From: Rozella allomycis CSF55 | Lineage: Eukaryota | Reading direction: 5' to 3' | Length of the DNA stretch: 31,887 nt | Assembly: GCA_000442015.1 (NCBI GenBank) | Contig: KE561117.1 | Coordinates: 186,001-217,887 of the forward strand | Shown: in pieces, positions 23,801-31,887 of the stretch | How positions within the stretch are numbered: position 1 is the stretch's first letter | Layout: the number at the start of each line of letters is the position of its first letter | Notes under the pieces: model-generated | The model's database searches: none | What the model saw: only the letters and a program-made list of their open reading frames with translations | What the model was told of the DNA's origin: nothing | Translations under genes and position numbers: made by a program

Positions 23801-25209
23801 GCTTTAATCTTGGCACCAGGATAAATCTTTGTCACATTTTTCACAGAAACTTTGTCCTCTAATGGAACAGATGATATTTCACTTTTCTCCTCATGTACAT
23901 TTACTTCCTCCTTTTCAACTTTGCTGATACTTGAAAACAATGCAAGAATTGGATAATAGAAAGGTCTTTTATGGTCCTGACTAACATCCAGCCAATCGAA
24001 ATAAAATGCAATAATATAATAGGCGAAAGTAATCAGCATGCTTACAAAATAGATGTTATAAAGAGATGGATACCCATTTGGAATAGATAACTTTGATAAA
24101 CCTGTGCTTTCCAAAGGAGTAACTTCAAGAACCTTTAAATAATATTTAAATCCAAAAGCTGGTATCATACATGCTACATATATATACTCAACAGACAAAT
24201 CAAAAGGACTTGCAACAATCAAACCAAACCAACTGACAGATAAAATGAATGAAAGAAACCCTGATTTTCTTGGACTTGTTGTTGCATTAGCTATCAATAA
24301 AAAGACTCCAAGCGTAGAGAAGATAGTGTTCAATGCGAAAAGTACAAGAGGCAAAAGTTCACATTTCAATCGAGCATACATTATAGCAACTCCAACACCC
24401 ATGTAAATTGAGCAAAGAATAAACGGAATAAGAAAAATAGATAAAGTATACGCAGATTTGTTAAGCCCTGATCGCAGTAAGGTGAATTTCATGCCATTTG
24501 ATCGATATTGTCTCATTGTGTCAAGGAGGATGCTTCCTATTGAAGTAAATGAAATCGGATAAAGCCACATATCGGCAAAACTAAAAGATAAAACTGAACC
24601 GGTGAATGATGTGGCAAAGTTTGGATCGCCCATGTTGGTCGCAAACGACGGAGGCTGGTCATTTTCTTTATCATTTAAAAGCCCAGTATCCCAAAAGTAC
24701 TTGATCTTTGCGGCAGCCAGATATGAAGAAGTAACAAATTTGCTTCCAAAAGAATCATCAAATTTTCCACTTTTAATAAGATCTACATTGGTTTTCACAA
24801 CACCTTGCGGCATGATTATATCATAAGATAGAAGTTTTTCGTCTCTACTATACGAAGTTATGTTAATGAAAAATGAAGTATCGCTTTCTCTTAATCTTTT
24901 AAATTCGTTGGATGATTTTTGAGAGTAACCAAACTTGCTAGCAAATTTATCAACAAATGCTTTGTCGCTTGCCACCAAGTTACCAAAGGAATAATCATAG
25001 AAAATATTAAATTTTAAAGTTTTGAAATTCAGATCTGGTGGTTGGGCACTCAGTTTCATTTTTTCGAGAAGACTTTCATCAGTAAACACAAAAGCTAAAG
25101 CTCCCATTATAAACATAGAGAAAATAGCCCCCCAAAACGAAAAGCTTCTTCTCTTGAGGAGAAACTGCAACCTAAAGAACGTGTAGGTTTGAAATAGAAA
25201 CGAAAACAT
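20833..25209 (-). CDS. ABCA-subfamily full-length ABC transporter (TMD-NBD x2), intronless
   Basis: 1458-aa ORF with Walker A GFNGAGKST and GPNGCGKTT, signatures LSGGQKRKL and LSGGTKRKV, and ABCA-typical THFMDEADIICDR and GVCPQFD. Confidence 0.93.
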   Translation of the reverse strand: MFSFLFQTYTFFRLQFLLKRRSFSFWGAIFSMFIMGALAFVFTDESLLEKMKLSAQPPDLNFKTLKFNIFYDYSFGNLVASDKAFVDKFASKFGYSQKSSNEFKRLRESDTSFFINITSYSRDEKLLSYDIIMPQGVVKTNVDLIKSGKFDDSFGSKFVTSSYLAAAKIKYFWDTGLLNDKENDQPPSFATNMGDPNFATSFTGSVLSFSFADMWLYPISFTSIGSILLDTMRQYRSNGMKFTLLRSGLNKSAYTLSIFLIPFILCSIYMGVGVAIMYARLKCELLPLVLFALNTIFSTLGVFLLIANATTSPRKSGFLSFILSVSWFGLIVASPFDLSVEYIYVACMIPAFGFKYYLKVLEVTPLESTGLSKLSIPNGYPSLYNIYFVSMLITFAYYIIAFYFDWLDVSQDHKRPFYYPILALFSSISKVEKEEVNVHEEKSEISSVPLEDKVSVKNVTKIYPGAKIKALNDVSLEFAKNEIFGLIGFNGAGKSTLINIITGILSPTAGHIKVFGVDSSKSKNRGAISQRIGICQQQDILFQDLTVGEHLYYFGKIRGVKNSELKDIIEGIVEDLRMGDMLDKFAQHLSGGQKRKLCIAIAFVSNPELVVLDEMSSGVDPDNRRVIWNFLQKRKQGRSILMCTHFMDEADIICDRKAMMTQGKVTCIGTSRYLKNLFRTGYSLSIEKTDDFDEESFLAWFFNKGAVGYKCKESGNFVEFIFEEGILESISEFEQEEELKPMIKSFIIKENGLDYIFSNNKSNGEDKNIEGLLGEHIKSCRKNNFFKTTWLLLKFELYRFVTHVYEYVGGLLPTLLLIVAISNLPKPSIANAKLQNEFTVKANYTLGKDLYNAMIWHGSRYETNVESLLHYPMFIPYEEKKQENKFGGLYKAGNTYSVSVQPGMALAQFYIVESLLESKGIKGSTNNIILYSKNESPLEILGSLFDGAVPYFILQLFSELIAYFGRRVKEAKIKYQFLLLSCGVSFVSFWFVHIIMTAILMLPVVLPAYFISVSKIAYDISSYLISFFVLAFVLSFFLGIVMNESGANLILSLARNLGFFCWMGLMALTMTKVIDPKIYKLVTLVMSKFPLTSPMVLVNDDKYLIQGSDMINYIVCGCLLYFILIVEFKHVFYRNSKLRLIDHKICAKFSGVSKRFGKRKVVKNLNLEIKKNEFFALLGPNGCGKTTTLNMLTSRLVPTAGAIHVDGIDVTANKFKAINMMGVCPQFDLLLIPSMSIYDHLYLFLYMNGYTNKEACDYIDTLLESMGILNFKYYKCGQLSGGTKRKVSTIIAIMLPKSLVMLDESSAGLDPLARSKMWKTVRALGQERTTVMTTHYISETSNCDRIGVMTKGTLKSCGTEHELSISMADGYIATLQLSNCNEKILDPILEYVLRGDLKASYSLQQIINGYAKVSLSFSLPLGVIVDRFMSLKEKNVILDFSLGRSSLEDVLLNIFRAD

Positions 25210-25331
25210 AAAATTTTGTGGCTTAACCTTGCCAATCCAAATATAGAATGCAGGTGATCAAACTAAAAATAATTGCTCCTCGACAAATCAGCATATTCCA
25301 TAAAAGGCAAGTTATGTTACTCTAACTAGAT

Positions 25332-26820
<1,489 letters not shown>

Positions 26821-26940
26821 AATTTTGTTTGGTCCCCTTGTCGTTAGGCAAGATTGTAAAAGTCTGATGATAAAAAATAGATCACTTAAAATAAACCTGG
26901 AAAAGAAAAAATAGTTCATCTTAGATTTTATTGCATTATG

Positions 26941-28304
26941 TTACAAATTGTTATACGTCCTTCCGGTTATGCCAATCATAATACATAACGCTAAAACAAC
27001 AATGGTATTGAAAATGCCTGTTGCAATTATAAATTTAATTGATTTTTTGCTGACTTTTTCTTTTTCCGCTACCTTGTTTATCTCATCTGTGCTCAATATT
27101 ATGTGTTCATGCTGTTGGCCAACGTTTTTCTCACAAAGTATGACAAAGATGAATCCTGAAAAAGTACTCAAACCAACCAAGATAATGGAAATCAAAGATA
27201 ATGTCATGTATTGAATTATAGCCAGTATTATGGAGACAAACGCTAGTAAAACACAAAGTCTACCAGCAAACCAATGCAATTTATCGTCAAACCAATGTGG
27301 AGGTTTACCTTCAAACCATTTGTAATTTGAATAGAAACCCAACAAAATTTCAAGTGCTATTAGTGAAATTGTAGTAATTCCAAAATAGCTATGGTAATTC
27401 CCGACAAACGTCCACCCGGTTTCTTAAACAAGTGTAAATATTAGAATACCTGAAAATATAAGGCATAAAGAAACACCACACAAAAAAGCTGCCATCAATT
27501 GAATATTCCTATGAATTCCATACCAATTCTTGATGTAAGACTTTGAATAGCGCGCCAAGAATATCGAGTTGGGTATTAATATTAGCCTAATGTATTCTTT
27601 GAAGATGATTGTTTTTACCATGATATTATCATGAGAACGGCATGTGCGGATGCGACTTGTGAAAATGGCAAGTAAGATAGGTCTTGTAAGTTTTGCGGTG
27701 TAATAGCAAGAGAATCTACATTTTGACTATGTGCAATACTCTCTGTTAAACTTTCAGAGGGCTTCCTCTTCTGGGACATTTGAGTTTCGTCATAATCTAC
27801 TATTAATTCAATGACACCTCTTTTTGGACCATGATATGAAAGTTGCATACCAGGTCCCTTGGCATAAATTATGTAAATCTTAGAACTTGGAACTATCGCA
27901 ACATTTAGTCCGTTTCCTGAGGCCAATGATCTGGAAAAATTGAAAGATACTTTGTTTTCATTTGAAGAATACTGAAAAGTCTACTATTGCCATCAGTGAA
28001 ATAATACTTCAATTATTGTTGAGCTCTCACTAGGACGAGAAAATGGAATTCCCGTATATGTTTTCAATATTCCAGAATTCAATATTGCCATATCAGCACC
28101 TCCCATTTTCCCGTTTTTTGATATCCCAAATCCGACCCATTCGGATTTAGGATTAGTAGATTTGGCTGATATCTCAAAATCGATAGTAGTGTTTTTGAGC
28201 CTGTAATTAAATGTCCATTGTCTATCAGCGGTAGTGAGCAATTTTGCAAATGCGCAAGGAATTGTGAGGCAGAGCAATAACCATTTCGCTTGATTTGTCT
28301 TCAT
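26941..28304 (-). CDS. DOMON + cytochrome b561 protein (ferric-chelate reductase-like), paralogue 1
   Basis: Signal peptide; DOMON WVGFGIS..GKMGGADM and SYHG; b561 histidines in AHAVLM, IHRNIQ, YHS and LHWF. Confidence 0.85.
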
Positions 28305-28429
28305 TAATATTTAATTTCCGTTTGGATAGTCAATTTATATCTATTGGTGATGGTGATGACAAAATATTCTTATTGCTGATGCAATTAGAGATCAAATATA
28401 AACAATAACCGGTGTAATTAATTATTTAT

Positions 28430-29647
28430 TTAGGAAACCACTTTTTGGCTTACACCTGTAAAAATACATAGCATAAAAAAGGAGACTGCAACCAAAAGAA
28501 TCATCAATGCTAAAAAATAAGCAAATCTCTTAGGGAAAATCGGTCTTTTCTGGAACTCGGTGCTTTGATTGAATTCATGTTCATGCTGTTGGCCTAAATA
28601 TTTTTCAAGAATAAAGACGATCCCAGAAACACCAACTAAATATGTGAGTATACATATTAATAGAACAATTTTCAGATCAAGAAATTGAATAAAAGCCAAT
28701 CCAATCGTTGATATTGCTAATATATAGCATGTTCTTCCCAAATACCAATGCATTTTATCATGAATGAAGTGTGGTGGTTTTCCTTCTCGCCACTTAAAAT
28801 TGGAATATAGCCCGGTCATTGGGACGATGAGAACAAGCGCCAGAGTTGTCATTCCCGCGATGCTGTGATATGTAGGTACAAATGACCATTGAAAATCAAA
28901 ATAATCATGCAATTAATGTATTACCCGACAGAATGACTAAAACAGATGCTAAAGCAATGACCACTGTAAAAAATTGAATATTTCGATGAACAATATACCA
29001 ATTTGGAATTAATCTTTTAAGATATCTAGCTAATAAAATAGCTGTAGGTGTTAAGAAAAGCCATCCGAATAACATTAGTATACCGTGGAGAACCGAAAAT
29101 AAAGACAATTTGTGTTTCACAATGTTGCCTATGGCGTTAGTATCACCACCTAAAGATGCAGGAATAACGCCTCTTGCCTCGCGCCCATGATATCCCCAAT
29201 TGCCTGATGGTCCGTAAGCATAAAGCATTAAAAGATCCTTTCCTTCTTTTATTTGCACGTTAAAGTCCGGGTTTGTAAAGGGTCGGGCAAATTGAAATTC
29301 GATTGTTCCCTCGGTTAATTCCTCTCATTATTACTAGATATATATACCAGTATCTTTATATTTTCTAATTTCGCGCTCGACTCTTGGGGTCGAGCCCGCT
29401 CAATGCCAATGAATGAATTCAAAACTCCGTCACGAACAACGACCATATCTGCGCCTTTCATTTTCCCGTCCGTGCTCAATCCAAAACCTATCCATTCGTC
29501 TTTAGCCGATGAAACTTTAATGTTAAATGATATTCTATTATCCGTTGTAGCATAATTGATCTTGAACTTTCCATCAGGTGATGAAACAAAATAGTCCTTA
29601 GCGTGTGCAAGTGAGAAAATTGATAAAATTATGTGACGCTTGTACAT
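28430..29647 (-). CDS. DOMON + cytochrome b561 protein, paralogue 2
   Basis: Signal peptide; WIGFGLS..GKMKGADM and GYHG; histidines in LHGILM, VHRNIQ, YHS and MHWY; shares GQQHEH with paralogue 1. Confidence 0.85.
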
Positions 29648-29750
29648 GAGAATAGTTTGCTTTATCCAAATTTAATGCTTTATGAAAGCATATAGTGAAT
29701 TTGAATATTTCCGTTTTGGAATGCCATCAAGCAAAAGTCAAAAATCGGAA

Positions 29751-31821
29751 ATGGAAGAACAGAAGAGAAATATTGAAGAAGTTGACCAAGAAGGTGACGG
29801 TAAAGTGACTTTTTGTTAATAATCTAGTTGAAGCAACTGAACTAAAAAAGATCAAAGGTAAATGGTATTTCTTATGAGAAACTAAAGTTGTTGAAGACAT
29901 TCATTTAGTGCAACTACCTAATATGGATCACTATGAAAGAAGTTATATGCACAAGGAAACTGTGACGCATACTATCGTTACAAGGTAATCTATCTCGGTG
30001 GTGACTAAAAGGTTTAACTTTATTGTGACAACCAGTGCGGACGGATATGTTAAATTTTGGAAAAAGATTGACAAAGGAATAGAATTTGTCAAGAATTTTC
30101 GAGCACACACTGGAACTATTAATGGAATTGCCTTGAGTAAAGATGAAACATTATTAGCGACATTTTGCGGCAGTGACAAATCCATTAAGATATTTGATGT
30201 GAATAACTTTGATATGATAAATATGATAAAATTAAATTTTGAAATATCAACGGCTTGCTGGATATTCAAATCTGGGAACTCCAAAGCGCTTCTTGCTTGG
30301 TACATTTGTTTCTTAAATTTTATTAGTTCGGACAAACAATCTTCAGATATAAAAATTTTTGACGCCAAAGAACAAGATTCAGAATTCCAAACTGTGAAAC
30401 TTCATAACCATTCGGTTTGCTTGATGGCAGTAACTACTTGCTATTATTTATAGTATAGTATTCTGAAAAATTCAATACCGTAATTTCGGCTGATATAAAA
30501 GGTATTGTTGAATATTGGACTGCTGATTCTCCCCATAAACTTCCTAAAGGTTTGAAATTCAAGCTGAAATCAGAAACTGATCTTTACGAATTTGCGAAGA
30601 ACAAATCAAGACCTACTTCAATTCAATTTAATAAAGATGAAAGTCTTTTTGTTACAATGGCCACAGATAGACAAGTTAGGATTTTCAGGTTTGTCACTGG
30701 GAAACTGTATCGCAAATATGACGAATCCATAGCAGTTGCCACTTCTTTCCATCAAGTAATCTCGCTTATGCATACAAAAAAGAATATGGATAAAGATAAG
30801 AGAATGGAAGACATTGAATTTGGAAAAAGAGTAGCGAACGAAAGAGAACTTGAAAAGACGACTCAATTTTATACGATTAATGCTATTTTTGATGAATCAA
30901 ACAGTTATATTTTATATCCTAGTCTCTTTGGAATCAAAGGTAAAATTTAGACATAGTAATTATAGTGGTGAATATAGCCTCAAACAAACTCTCTCGAATT
31001 ATTGGAAAGGCAGATTCCTCATTGCGATTTTTGAATATTTCTCTTTATCAAGGGGCTCCTAAACAACAAGGGCAGCTGACAATGGCCATGCTCGCTAGTG
31101 ACAATCCTAACATTGTAGAAACTCAAGTCACAGACCCAACAATATTCGCTACATCATTCAAAACAAACCGATTTTATTTGTTTTCCAGGAGAACACCGCT
31201 TGACAAGTATATTTATCTTTACCAAGTCATAGGGGTGAATTTGGCTTGCAAAATAGGGACATTCAAAATGAGAAAATTATTAAAGATGATTCAGCAGCGA
31301 ATGCGCTTAAGAGAGCTGAATTACCCCGCTCTGCTGTCGTACACACTGATCTTGGCGACATTTTCATCGAACTGTATCCCCAATATGCTCCAAAGGCCGT
31401 GGAGAATTTTGTTACACATTCCAAAAATGGATACTATGACAATTGTATATTCCATCGTGTTATTAAAGATTTTATGGTATTTTCTTTTGAATTAATGAAG
31501 TAGATTCAAACTGGTGATCCTGAAGGCAACGGTACAGGCGGCGTGTCTATTTGGGGTGAAGACTTTGAAGATGAATTTGACCCAGCATTGAAGCATGATA
31601 AGCCTTTCGTCGTTTCAATGGCAAACTCGGGACCTAATACAAATGGTTCACAATTTTTCATCACCGTCAGGAAATGTCCTTGGTTGGATATGAAACATAC
31701 AATCTTTGGAAGATGTACTGGAGGCTACGAAGTCGTGACTCAAATTGAAAATCTTCGAACAAATATCAAAACTGATATTCCTTTGGAAACCGTCAAAATC
31801 TGTAACGTCAGCATAAAATAA
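29751..31821 (+). CDS. PPWD1: WD40-repeat cyclophilin (peptidyl-prolyl isomerase), multi-exon
   Basis: [89 protein letters not shown]. Confidence 0.96.
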
Positions 31822-31850
31822 TAAAATGAACTAACAACTCTACTATGTAT

Positions 31851-31887
31851 ATTATCGGACGGGGAGTTTACGACCCGGACTTCAGAA
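31851..31887. mobile_element. Left end of a second copy of the TIR element, running off the window end
   Basis: 37 nt identical to 7727-7763 (attatcggacggggagtttacgacccggacttcagaa). Confidence 0.85.

Overview
AT-rich, very gene-dense eukaryotic DNA with tiny spliceosomal GT-AG introns (those I resolved are 24-31 nt) and intergenic gaps often under 150 bp. This fits a compact early-diverging fungal or fungus-related parasite such as Rozella (Cryptomycota); the organism is my inference. Most of the window is housekeeping: SEC13, adenosine kinase, two HMG-box paralogues, an ARM protein, a SANT/NCoR-like protein, NR2C2AP-like, an SLC35E/TPT transporter, N-terminal methyltransferase, a dual-specificity phosphatase, mitochondrial aspartate aminotransferase, an ABCA transporter, a Slt2-like MAPK, two DOMON-cytochrome b561 paralogues and PPWD1. 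A four-exon 4-TM gene at 17949-18532 is mostly missed by the ORF track. An accessory island at about 2.5-8.4 kb holds intronless orphan genes, a decayed CRE-like retrotransposon and a 625-bp TIR element. It also holds candidate secreted effectors that could recruit host ubiquitin ligases: two signal-peptide+F-box genes and a secreted protein with three L/PPxY motifs. Single N characters at 3939, 6959, 7390 and 11446 mark assembly joins, so ORFs read across them are chimeric and linkage across them is unproven.
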